A DNA stretch of 64,000 nucleotides, taken from contig JAZRWI010000089.1 of assembly GCA_045599645.1 (NCBI GenBank), positions 33,657 to 97,656 on the forward strand, in the 5' to 3' direction. A program made the translations under genes and the position numbers. Source of the DNA: Candidatus Avigastranaerophilus sp. GTDB taxonomy: Bacteria > Muiribacteriota > Ozemobacteria > Ozemobacterales > Ozemobacteraceae. The notes under the pieces were generated by a model, which was not told the DNA's origin, did no database searches, and saw only the letters and a list, made by a program, of their open reading frames with translations. Positions 1 through 8,778 of this stretch are shown piece by piece; the first letter of the stretch is position 1; every line of letters starts with the position of its first letter.

Positions 1-2507
1 GTAACATTAACAGCACCTTTTCCTAGCGTTGCGGCAACATCTGTTGCGAATGAAGTAGCTTGATATGCTGTGTCTGAAATAGCTCTAACGACTGCACTAT
101 TGTCGTAAGCTTTACTTGAGATTTTTCCAGCTATTTCCATATAGGCGACACCCATCTTACAGGTGTCTTTTGCCATGCCTGCAATTACGCCTGTAGTGAA
201 GCCCTCGTCATCGGAAAATACTTTATCAATGCTCTTTCTTGTGTCAGAGTAGAATTTATCTGTACCAACATAGTCATAGAATTCATCACCGAATTTTTTC
301 GGGTCGTTTACTGCTTCTATAGCTATTGATGCTCCATCTGCGAAATTTTTAATATTTTCGCCGTAAACTCCATCCTGTATTCTTTGTACAACTTCATCTG
401 TGTTGCCTGTGAACACTGTTGAAGCACTATCTATTGCCAGATTAGCTGCATTTTTGATATTACCCGTAGGTGAACATATTCCGCTGGCAGTTGTGCCACC
501 GAAGCAGAACTGATTTGCAGCGTCAAGGCCTACTAGGGCTAAATTATTTTCTGTTATTGCCCCCATAAAGTTATTTGTTATCATGGATTTGGCCATTGCA
601 TAAGGAATGTTATCACCGGCTTTTGTGTTTGCATAGGCATCTCCTGCTATACCAAGCCAGCCTAAGGTGCTTCCGGCGAATTTTCCGACCTTACCTACAC
701 CAGATATGACTTTACCTGCTATTTTATCTTTTGTGGCAACTTTGATTGTGTCCATATAATCATTGGCCATATTGTTCCACAATTTGTCTTGAAAAGGTTT
801 TATATAATTTTTGTAGCGTTCGTCTCCGAGAGTTATTAGATTTCCTGCTAAGCCGGCATCGTCACCGCTGCCCCATTCCAGGATTTTGTCTGTGATTTCC
901 TGAGGGCGTTCAAGAACAGCGTCTATGAATCTGCCATAAGTTCTATAAAAATCTTCAAATTCTTTTTCGATATTTTTGCCGGCAGCTTTTTTTATTTCCT
1001 CCCCTTCAATCATTGTTTTCAATTTACTACGAGGACTATTGTCAAATAAAAAAGAATTTATTTTTTCGTAGCTGTTTCCTGTTGTTTTTCCTTCTTCCTC
1101 GTCTTCTTCTTTTTTCTTTTTAGGAAGGCTGGCAGTATTGCCAGACGCAGTTTCTCCTGTTGTTCCTGTTGGAAGAGAACTTGCACCTGCTCCTGTTCCA
1201 GCGCTAGCGGTTCCTGCACCGGCAGCACCTGATGCGGTACCTGCTCCTGTGGCAGCACCAGCGGCACTAGCACCCGCAGCGGCAGCACCAGCGGCGGCGG
1301 CTCCTGCTGCAGCACTGGCGGCCCCGGCAGCTCCGGCAGCTGCTCCTGCGGCTCCACCGAAGCTTGAACCGCAAATGTTTTCCATTGGCGGTCTGGAACC
1401 GTATTTCATCATATTGTTAACTGTTTTTAATTGTGATGCACTTTGTTTTGTAGCTTTAAGGCTTTCGCGAAGGGCGTTCAGTTCTTCTTCCTTTTGTACT
1501 TTTTCCTGAGGTGTCTTAGCGTTTCTTACACTTGCTTCAGCTTGTTTTATCTGTGCTTCAAGCCTTGGTATTTCTTTTTCTATATCCCTGAGAGCTTTGT
1601 TCATTTGTGACTGGTAATCGCAATTTGCGATTGGAATGATGCATAGAATAAATAATGCCAATGCTGTAGCAGCTGGAACCATTGGTGTTTTGAACAGTGA
1701 TACTATATATGCTATGGCTCCGATACCGGCTACTATGTAACCGATGTCATAGAAAATTTCTGCCTGTTTGGAGATAAACCAGCAGGAAGCAAAAGCTATG
1801 AGTGAGCCCCATGAAATGCCTAATAGCAACATTCTTGCTGCCTTTGGGTTTACAGGTCTGTTTTTGGCAAAAGAATTCAAACCGGCTAGCAATATGCTTT
1901 TGGGGTCTGCCTGTATTTTCATGCAAAGGAAAAACAGGACTAAGCCTATTATGCTGTTGTATTTATCAAGATTTACGGTCATGAAATTGAACAATACAAA
2001 TGCAATACCGATGCCGGTAACAAAGGAACAGATATTCGATAGCTTTCTACCTTCGAAATCTGGTTTTAATTGAAAAACAAGCTTTTTATCAGTGGTTCCC
2101 ATGAGAATGGAAATAATCAGGCCACCGATGATTGATTTACCCAGTACACCGCCAAGTATAGAGGTTAAATTCCCGTATATACCAGCTTTTGCATAGGTAA
2201 AGAAGCAGAACAGGTTCAGCAGGAAGGGTATGCCTTTTCGACTGTAGTCTTCAACCAGAAGATTGGTAAAAAACCAGCCTAGAGCAAGGACTACGACGGT
2301 GATTATGACTTTCTTAACGAATAAAGCCTTGAGGCCTTTGAATAGATTCTTTAAGATCAGCAGAATTATATCAATGGGACCCATGCCGTCGAAGGGGTTT
2401 CCTGGTATGGCAGAGCCTTTTCCGAAAAGAACAAATTTAAGCTTTTGCATGAAGCCTGCTGGCTGGGTTTGAAGCTGATTCTGATTTGTATTATTCTGGT
2501 TTTCCAT
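1..2507 (-). CDS. Hypothetical large membrane protein, C-terminally truncated by the window edge (>835 aa): N-terminal multi-pass TM region, coiled coil, Ala/Gly-rich low-complexity linker, then a globular region
   Basis: Not in the supplied ORF track because it runs off the window. I checked the minus-strand frame codon by codon from ATG 2507-2505 down to about 1380 and read on to position 3 without meeting a stop. A GGAGA-type RBS lies 4-9 nt upstream. The start is 18 nt after the stop of the upstream gene 2526..3776. Track ORFs 1058..1357(-), 1138..1509(+), 1768..2073(+) and 2263..2472(+) are alternative-frame shadows of it. Confidence 0.75.
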   Translation of the reverse strand, partial: MENQNNTNQNQLQTQPAGFMQKLKFVLFGKGSAIPGNPFDGMGPIDIILLILKNLFKGLKALFVKKVIITVVVLALGWFFTNLLVEDYSRKGIPFLLNLFCFFTYAKAGIYGNLTSILGGVLGKSIIGGLIISILMGTTDKKLVFQLKPDFEGRKLSNICSFVTGIGIAFVLFNFMTVNLDKYNSIIGLVLFFLCMKIQADPKSILLAGLNSFAKNRPVNPKAARMLLLGISWGSLIAFASCWFISKQAEIFYDIGYIVAGIGAIAYIVSLFKTPMVPAATALALFILCIIPIANCDYQSQMNKALRDIEKEIPRLEAQIKQAEASVRNAKTPQEKVQKEEELNALRESLKATKQSASQLKTVNNMMKYGSRPPMENICGSSFGGAAGAAAGAAGAASAAAGAAAAGAAAAGASAAGAATGAGTASGAAGAGTASAGTGAGASSLPTGTTGETASGNTASLPKKKKEEDEEEGKTTGNSYEKINSFLFDNSPRSKLKTMIEGEEIKKAAGKNIEKEFEDFYRTYGRFIDAVLERPQEITDKILEWGSGDDAGLAGNLITLGDERYKNYIKPFQDKLWNNMANDYMDTIKVATKDKIAGKVISGVGKVGKFAGSTLGWLGIAGDAYANTKAGDNIPYAMAKSMITNNFMGAITENNLALVGLDAANQFCFGGTTASGICSPTGNIKNAANLAIDSASTVFTGNTDEVVQRIQDGVYGENIKNFADGASIAIEAVNDPKKFGDEFYDYVGTDKFYSDTRKSIDKVFSDDEGFTTGVIAGMAKDTCKMGVAYMEIAGKISSKAYDNSAVVRAISDTAYQATSFATDVAATLGKGAVNV

Positions 2508-2525
2508 TTACTTCTCTCCCTTCTG

Positions 2526-3776
2526 TCAGCGTTCCGGAAATTTTTTGCCACAATTGGTGCAGAACAGGCCTTGCATAACGACCTTACTTCCGCAGAAGGG
2601 GCAGAATTTGAAAACAAATCCAGGCTGCGGAGCCACAACTGGCTGATGTGCCGTAACTGGCTCTGGCTGCTGGGTGACAACTGGTTGAGTGACAACGGCA
2701 GGCTGTGCCGGTGCTGCAATGGGTTGAACTACTGATTCAGGCTGCGGTGCTGCAACTGGTTGAACAATAGGCTTCGGTTGAGGTGCTGCAACAGGCTGCG
2801 GTGCAATAGTAGGTTTGGCTTCTGCAACAGGCTGTGATGCAACAGGCTTGTCTTCCTGGGCAGTCTGTGGAACAATGGCTATAGGCACTGTTTCCCAGAA
2901 GCTAAGGTCAATATTATCTACAGTTGAGAATTGTGCAGAACCATCTGCCTCTGTGATTTCAAACAATTTGTCTGTTGTTATGAAATATTTTCTGTAATTG
3001 CCAGTGCCAAGGTCTTTATAACTGATTCTTACATTGCCACCGTCTGGAACCATGTATTTTCTTGTGCTTTCGCCGGGAAGATAGGTATCTTGTATTTCTG
3101 TGGCGGTCAGGAATCCTTTGCTTACAAGACCAGAAACAGCTTTTTGATATCGATTGTCGTCTTCGTATATATTCAGAATGGCGTTATCTGTAAAAAGGTC
3201 TGCGGCAAGAAGCTCTGTTAGAAAATCTTTCTTGAAGGCCTTCAGATTCACCATTGATTCTTCTTTTGTAAGAGGTCTGCCAGCCGTCTTAAAGGCTTTG
3301 CCGATTACAAAAAGACTTATATTGAGAAGAGAAAGTTCGTCATTGGTAAGAGAAAAGGAAACCTTTTCGCTACTGGCCGGGTGCCAGTTTCCAAAGGTAG
3401 AACTGATGACAAATGGCTTGATTATTTCAGGGAGAACAGGTGATGTGAGACTGACCAGTTTTTGCTTGTAATCAATGACTATATATATCCAGAAGCCTTT
3501 ATAATAATTATATATGCAGGGACCGTTTTCGCTGGCTGAAGCGTTATCAAGTAAAATAGTCTTTTCTGGTTCACAGATAACCTTTGCTATTTTTTCGGCT
3601 TTAACAGTGAGTTTACCGTTTTTGTAAAAGCCCAGCGATTCTGTTTTTGATAAATCGTTTTGAAGGTTTTCTCCTTCATACTGCATATAACCAGCGGAAA
3701 GTTCGCTTGGTTGCAGCCCAGAGGCTTTTAAGAAAGCGGCATAATAATCAAATGTAAAAAGGTGTTGAATAATCAC
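2526..3776 (-). CDS. Hypothetical protein with P/Q/V/A-rich repeat linker and C-terminal zinc-ribbon
   Basis: 416-aa ORF with a GTG start at 3776 and an AGGAGAA RBS about 7 nt upstream. The C-terminus carries CPFC-x13-CTNC (zinc ribbon), preceded by about 75 aa of PQPVAAPQP-type repeats. I recognise no motif in the N-terminal 300 aa. It appears to form an operon with 1..2507. Confidence 0.8.
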   Translation of the reverse strand: MIIQHLFTFDYYAAFLKASGLQPSELSAGYMQYEGENLQNDLSKTESLGFYKNGKLTVKAEKIAKVICEPEKTILLDNASASENGPCIYNYYKGFWIYIVIDYKQKLVSLTSPVLPEIIKPFVISSTFGNWHPASSEKVSFSLTNDELSLLNISLFVIGKAFKTAGRPLTKEESMVNLKAFKKDFLTELLAADLFTDNAILNIYEDDNRYQKAVSGLVSKGFLTATEIQDTYLPGESTRKYMVPDGGNVRISYKDLGTGNYRKYFITTDKLFEITEADGSAQFSTVDNIDLSFWETVPIAIVPQTAQEDKPVASQPVAEAKPTIAPQPVAAPQPKPIVQPVAAPQPESVVQPIAAPAQPAVVTQPVVTQQPEPVTAHQPVVAPQPGFVFKFCPFCGSKVVMQGLFCTNCGKKFPER

Positions 3777-3885
3777 AACTGGTTCTCCTATAAAATCACT
3801 CAGAAATTAATATAGCATATTGTTGGAAATTGGACAATAAAAGGGCGCTGCGCTAGGAGGGCGGCCTTTGGCCTAGGAGGGCGTA

Positions 3886-3930
3886 CCGCGGGAGCAGGTT
3901 GCGTAGTCTGTGGGTTCAGCATTGCCAGCC
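3886..3930. repeat. 45-bp direct repeat, copy A (partner at 11074..11118)
   Basis: CCGCGGGAGCAGGTTGCGTAGTCTGTGGGTTCAGCATTGCCAGCC matches 11074..11118 at 43/45 positions in the same orientation. Read on the minus strand it encodes ..NAEPTDYATCSRG.., a remnant of the C-terminus of the 11049..11489 protein. Confidence 0.9.
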
Positions 3931-4077
3931 ATTGTTTAATCTAAAGTTATTGTTTCTGATTTTTCAGATAATATTGAATTAATAAAGGTTGATTAAATAG
4001 AAGCTTCTGCATTAGTTTTTTCTGTTATTTTTTATTGATTGTGTTATTATAAATAAAAAAAACGGTAGAAAATCAAT

Positions 4078-5370
4078 ATGGAAGAAAAAACCTTAAATAG
4101 CGAAAATAGAATCCTTCAGGCTATGGAAGGTAAGCTTTATGTTTTCCCTGAATCTAGAAACTATTTAATTATTATTTCAGTGGTAATAGTTGTTTTTGCA
4201 TTATGTGTCTGGGGGGTAAAAGGAAAAGTTAATGAGTATGTAAAAGGTGTCGGCATTATTACAACAATGACAAACTATACGCCTGTAACAAGCTTTTGCG
4301 ATGGGCTGATTGAATATCTTGATGTAAATGAAGGCGATGAAGTTATATGTGGACAAACTATTGGAAAAGTTTTTTCTATTGATGTCTATATTGAAGTGAT
4401 GAATATAAGAAAAGAGTTAGATATACATAATAAAAGACTTAAATTTTATCAGACCTCTCTTGAAAATATAAAAATTCGGAAAAAAGAAGTTTCTGATGCT
4501 AGCGTACGATATATTAAGGAAAATCTGGCTCGAATTAATAACCAGATAAAATGGTTCAGTGCTTATATAGAAAAATTGGAAACTGTTTCAAAGCGTGGGG
4601 CTGTTCCCTCTAATCTTGTTGCTGATACAAAATTTAAATTTGATTCAATCTTAGAAAATAAAGCTTTGCAGGAATTTGCTTTGATTGAGAATAAGCTGAA
4701 ATTAGAAGAACAATTGGCGAATTTGGATTTTGAATTAGACAAATATCAGGTGGAATTAGAAGAAATAAAAATAAAAGCCGAGGAAGCTTATTCTAAGTAT
4801 GTTAGATCAGGATATATTTTTGCCAGGGATACTGGTAAGGTTGCAGAAATTACAGCACCAAAAGGCGATCAGGTAAAAAATGGTGATACAGTATTATATT
4901 TGATAACTGAAAAAAATGATGATGCGCTGGTAGAAGTAACAGCTTATTTTCCCTTTAAGGATGTAAGAAAAATAGAAAAAGGTATGAAGGTCAGAGTTAT
5001 TCCTTCATATATAAAATTTGAACACGACGGTGCCATTTTGGGAACAGTTGTCTCTATAGATAGAGATGTTGTATCTGACAAAAAATTACAGCGATTGTAT
5101 AAAAGTGAAACTTTGTCACAGCAATTATTTTCACAAAACGATAATTTACCAGTAAGAGTAACTATTTTTCTTGAACAGAACAGTAAGTCTCCTAGCGGTT
5201 TTAATTGGACAACAGGGATTGGACCAGAAATTAAAATAAAGGATAATACATTATTTTCTGCACTGGTTACTGTTAATCAGGTTGCTCCATTTGAGCTTTT
5301 GTTCGGTAAAATTCAAAAATCTGTATTTGGTAAAAATGAGCAAATGACTTTGGAGAAAATTAATGAATAG
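4078..5370 (+). CDS. HlyD-family membrane-fusion / secretion adaptor protein
   Basis: 430 aa. It has an N-terminal TM anchor (LIIISVVIVVFALCVWGV). Lipoyl-like hairpin motifs (GLIEYLDVNEGDEVICGQTIGKV and GKVAEITAPKGDQVKNGDTVL) flank a long coiled coil. It overlaps the next ORF by 8 nt. Confidence 0.85.
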   Translation: MEEKTLNSENRILQAMEGKLYVFPESRNYLIIISVVIVVFALCVWGVKGKVNEYVKGVGIITTMTNYTPVTSFCDGLIEYLDVNEGDEVICGQTIGKVFSIDVYIEVMNIRKELDIHNKRLKFYQTSLENIKIRKKEVSDASVRYIKENLARINNQIKWFSAYIEKLETVSKRGAVPSNLVADTKFKFDSILENKALQEFALIENKLKLEEQLANLDFELDKYQVELEEIKIKAEEAYSKYVRSGYIFARDTGKVAEITAPKGDQVKNGDTVLYLITEKNDDALVEVTAYFPFKDVRKIEKGMKVRVIPSYIKFEHDGAILGTVVSIDRDVVSDKKLQRLYKSETLSQQLFSQNDNLPVRVTIFLEQNSKSPSGFNWTTGIGPEIKIKDNTLFSALVTVNQVAPFELLFGKIQKSVFGKNEQMTLEKINE

Positions 5371-6583
5371 GTCTTTGGTTTCATTTATTTGTATTCTTCT
5401 ATTAGGAGTTTTTATTTATTTTTGCGGAAATGATGTTTGCGACATTGTTACAAAAAATATTTATTTGATAAGAGATGTAGTTGATAACGGTTTGGTGGAT
5501 AAGAAGCACAGAATAGAAGCTGTTAAGAATAATGAAGTTATTAAATTGGCTTTATTTGGAGATTTAAGTAAATTTAAGAATTATGGGATAGATATTAAGA
5601 AAGCTTATGAATTTGTTGCAGAGGAAATAAATGCTTCCAGGATATTAAATAAGAAATTGCAGATAGTTTCTTTTGATAAAGAAGGCGATGTTTATAGATA
5701 TCAGGAAGTGGCAAAATTGATTGCTGAAGATCCAACTGTTTTTGGTGTAATTGGACCTTTTGAGACTAAGTATTTAATCGGTTTTTCTGAGATTTTTGCT
5801 AGTGCCGGGTTGTTCGAAATTATTCCAATATCAATTCGTGATAGATTTTTTGAAAATAAACCGAAGTCTTTATTTATAACTTCTTCTTCATGTGATTCGG
5901 TTGCTGATGCGTGGATTGAATTCTTCTCTAAGAATGGTTTTAATAATGCTTTTTTGTTGGATTTATTTGAACACCATAATGGCAGATGTGGCGTCAGTAA
6001 AAAAATATTAGAAAAAATGTTTAAATCAAACTTAAACTTTGCTTATAGATATGAAATAGATAAGATTGATGTAGAATGGTTAAGAGAAGATTTGAAAGAG
6101 TCAAAGAGCTATTTTGAATCAAATAATATTTTTATTGTATCAAATAAGCATTTTGATCAAACTTATTCTTTTGAACTGTTAGATATGGTCTTAGATGTAT
6201 TTAATGATGGTAACGTCTTTTATGATGATTTAATTTCATTAGATGAGATTAAGGATATAAAGTTTAATCATGACCGGTTCTTTGCTTCCTGTTTTTATGA
6301 AGATACTGAAGTTTTCAGGGTATTGATAAATAAACTAAGTAAACAGCCATGGTATAAAAATGATTTTATTACTCTTCGCATTTATGAAGATTTATGGCTT
6401 CTAGCAGATGCCATTCAGAAATCAGGAAGTTATGAATGCGATAAAATCTCTGAATATATGCTTAATAATACTTTAAATACTCCATTAGGTAATTTTTCTT
6501 TTTCAAAAGATGGCTATGTTGATAAGTATCCTGCTTGTATTATGAGTATTTCTGATGTTGAAAAGATATGGAGCAATAAATAG
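5363..6583 (+). CDS. Membrane-anchored type-1 periplasmic-binding-protein-like protein (LivK/ANF-receptor fold)
   Basis: 406 aa with an N-terminal hydrophobic signal/anchor. The pattern IKLALFGDLS.. / EEINASRILNKKLQIVSFDKEGD / VFGVIGPFETKY is typical of PBP1 branched-chain-type binding proteins. It is translationally coupled inside the exporter operon. Confidence 0.65.
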   Translation: MNRSLVSFICILLLGVFIYFCGNDVCDIVTKNIYLIRDVVDNGLVDKKHRIEAVKNNEVIKLALFGDLSKFKNYGIDIKKAYEFVAEEINASRILNKKLQIVSFDKEGDVYRYQEVAKLIAEDPTVFGVIGPFETKYLIGFSEIFASAGLFEIIPISIRDRFFENKPKSLFITSSSCDSVADAWIEFFSKNGFNNAFLLDLFEHHNGRCGVSKKILEKMFKSNLNFAYRYEIDKIDVEWLREDLKESKSYFESNNIFIVSNKHFDQTYSFELLDMVLDVFNDGNVFYDDLISLDEIKDIKFNHDRFFASCFYEDTEVFRVLINKLSKQPWYKNDFITLRIYEDLWLLADAIQKSGSYECDKISEYMLNNTLNTPLGNFSFSKDGYVDKYPACIMSISDVEKIWSNK

Positions 6584-6600
6584 GAAGGGCATTTATATTT

Positions 6601-8778
6601 ATGAGACTTTTTAATAGATATTGTAAATGTCCGATAAGGTTTCAGCGCGGTAAAAACGAAAGCGCTTTAGTTGCCCTGCAGATGATTCTGGCTTACTATA
6701 AAGCTTTCGTTCCCATAGAAACATTGAGAGATAATTGTTGTGTTGAAAGAGATGGAATAAATGATGAAGGCCTTATAAAGGTTGGTAGTTTTTATGGTTT
6801 AAACGGTAATGCTTACTTAAATATAAGTTCTGATGATTTATTAAATTACCCGATTCCGTCTGTAATTAAGTTTAATAATGGTGATTATGTGACCTTTACG
6901 GGAATGAAAGGCAATAAATATTGTTTTAACCATCCTGAAAAAGGCGAGTTGTCCTATGGGAAGAGAGAGTTTGAAGAAAATTTTTCAGGAAACCTTTATA
7001 CTTTCACGCAGAATAAAAATTTTAAAACCTTTGGTCATGACAGATCGGTCGCAAATGCTATTTTTCACTTCTCAATGCAGGATTCTGGCGGATTAGTAAT
7101 TTTATTTTTAATTTGTTTGTTATTAGTTCCTCCAACTGTTATAACACCGAATTTAAATAAAATATTTATAGATAATATTTTAAATGATGAAAAGGTATAT
7201 TGGGGTATTCCAATGATATCTATTGTCGTTGTTCTGTTTTTTTTAACTTTGATATTATCTTTCTTTCATAATATTGAACTGACAAAAATGAATCTAAGGT
7301 TGTCTTCGAAAAGTTCTATTGCATATATAATGAAGATGTTTCAGGTTCCTGGCGTTTTTTTTGCTTCCAGGTCTCTGGGGGATTTATCTGAAAGACTTTC
7401 TGAAAATAATCAGGTTGCAAAATTTATTACAGATACTCTTGTTCCTAGATTTATAGAAATAGTAATAATGTTTATTTTTGCTGGTTTGCTATTCTATTTT
7501 GATTCTTTTCTTGCAGCAATTACAGTCCTTGCTGTTGTAGCCAATATTAGTTTGTCGATTGTATATGGTTACACATCAAAATATCTTGCTATAGGTGACC
7601 GGGCGTTCAAAACCTCCGCATCGTCTTCTACAATTGTTGGTATTTCCATGATAGAGTCGATGAAATCAACTTCAACCTGTGCCGATTTTGTAAGGCTATT
7701 TATAAGCAATATTAACGAAATTACAATGGCAAAGGATAAATATACGATTATTTCTTCTTACTATACTTGTATTAGAAGGGCAATTGTATTTTTTACCAAG
7801 AATTGTATTACTCTGTTTGCTGTGCTGAAATTACTTAATGGTGATATTTCCGGTGGTGTGTTCATTGTATTTCAGGTTTTACTAAATGGTATTTTCCAAC
7901 CCGTAGAGGGGATTAACATCCTGATAATAAATATAGCACAGGCAGGAAACTCTATTGGCCGAATTGAAGAAATTTTAGATTATGAAGTTCCTGCGCAAAA
8001 AGAGAATCCTGTTTGTCTAAACGAGCGATTAACCGGAAAAATTGAATTTAAGAATATAACCTTTGGTTATAATAAACTTCAGGAGCCTTTAATAAAGAAC
8101 TTTAATTTAACAATTAATCCGGGCGAAAGAATAGCTATTATTGGTTCGTCTGGTTCTGGCAAGTCAACGATTATTAAACTTCTATCCGGAATATTGAAGC
8201 CATGGTCTGGCGAGGTATGCTTTGATGACCGGTCTATAACAGATTATTCAAATGAATATTTAAGGTATTCATTTGCTTCTGTTGATCAGGATATAGTTTT
8301 ATTTGAAAAAGGCACAGTCAAGGATAATATTGCCTTATATGATTCCGCATTGTCTTTGGAAGAAATTGAAAAAGCTGCAAAAGACGCAGTTATTCACAAA
8401 GTTATTGTCAGCCGGCCGGGTGGATATCTGTCGGAAATGGGCTGTAATGATGGTGGATTTAGCGGTGGTGAAAAGCAGAGACTGGAAATTGCAAGAGCCT
8501 TAGCGGTAAATCCTTCTGTTTTATTGCTTGATGAGGCTACAAGTGCCTTAGATACTTTAACAGAAGCTGAAGTAGATAATAATATAAGAAAAAGGGGAAT
8601 TACAACGGTAATTGTTGCTCACAGACTATCTACAATCAGAGACGCTGATAAAATTATTGTTTTGCATAAAGGAGAAATTAAAGAGGTTGGTAAGCACGAA
8701 GAATTATTGGCATTAAGGGGAATCTATTATTCTTTAGTAAGCTCAGGCAAGGAAGGCGGCGAAGAAAGCTATGATTGA
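6601..8778 (+). CDS. ABC exporter (TMD+NBD) with N-terminal C39-like domain that looks catalytically degenerate
   Basis: 725 aa. The NBD carries Walker A GSSGSGKST, signature FSGGEKQR and Walker B LLLDEAT. A six-TM exporter core precedes it. In the N-terminal 130 aa (C39 fold), the positions I align to the Cys/His/Asp triad read NES-A, DYVTF and NHP. Confidence 0.85.
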   Translation: MRLFNRYCKCPIRFQRGKNESALVALQMILAYYKAFVPIETLRDNCCVERDGINDEGLIKVGSFYGLNGNAYLNISSDDLLNYPIPSVIKFNNGDYVTFTGMKGNKYCFNHPEKGELSYGKREFEENFSGNLYTFTQNKNFKTFGHDRSVANAIFHFSMQDSGGLVILFLICLLLVPPTVITPNLNKIFIDNILNDEKVYWGIPMISIVVVLFFLTLILSFFHNIELTKMNLRLSSKSSIAYIMKMFQVPGVFFASRSLGDLSERLSENNQVAKFITDTLVPRFIEIVIMFIFAGLLFYFDSFLAAITVLAVVANISLSIVYGYTSKYLAIGDRAFKTSASSSTIVGISMIESMKSTSTCADFVRLFISNINEITMAKDKYTIISSYYTCIRRAIVFFTKNCITLFAVLKLLNGDISGGVFIVFQVLLNGIFQPVEGINILIINIAQAGNSIGRIEEILDYEVPAQKENPVCLNERLTGKIEFKNITFGYNKLQEPLIKNFNLTINPGERIAIIGSSGSGKSTIIKLLSGILKPWSGEVCFDDRSITDYSNEYLRYSFASVDQDIVLFEKGTVKDNIALYDSALSLEEIEKAAKDAVIHKVIVSRPGGYLSEMGCNDGGFSGGEKQRLEIARALAVNPSVLLLDEATSALDTLTEAEVDNNIRKRGITTVIVAHRLSTIRDADKIIVLHKGEIKEVGKHEELLALRGIYYSLVSSGKEGGEESYD

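Noticed and set aside
1058-1509. Track ORFs 1058..1357(-) and 1138..1509(+), which translate to Pro/Glu/Leu-rich or Ala/Pro-rich peptides.
   Set aside because: Both are off-frame readings of the GC-rich Ala/Gly linker of the long minus-strand ORF 1..2507, which I verified to be open in a third frame.
2366-2735. ORFs 2366..2719(-) and 2445..2735(+), which span the junction of the two minus-strand genes.
   Set aside because: They overlap two better-supported ORFs (1..2507 and 2526..3776) in other frames. Their repetitive composition derives from the Pro/Gln-rich coding repeat.
3841-3885. The GC-rich segment with duplicated CTAGGAGGGCG as a possible tRNA or small-RNA gene.
   Set aside because: No cloverleaf or convincing stem-loop can be drawn. 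It is more likely residual 3' UTR sequence of the ancestral copy of the 146-aa gene next to 45-bp repeat copy A.
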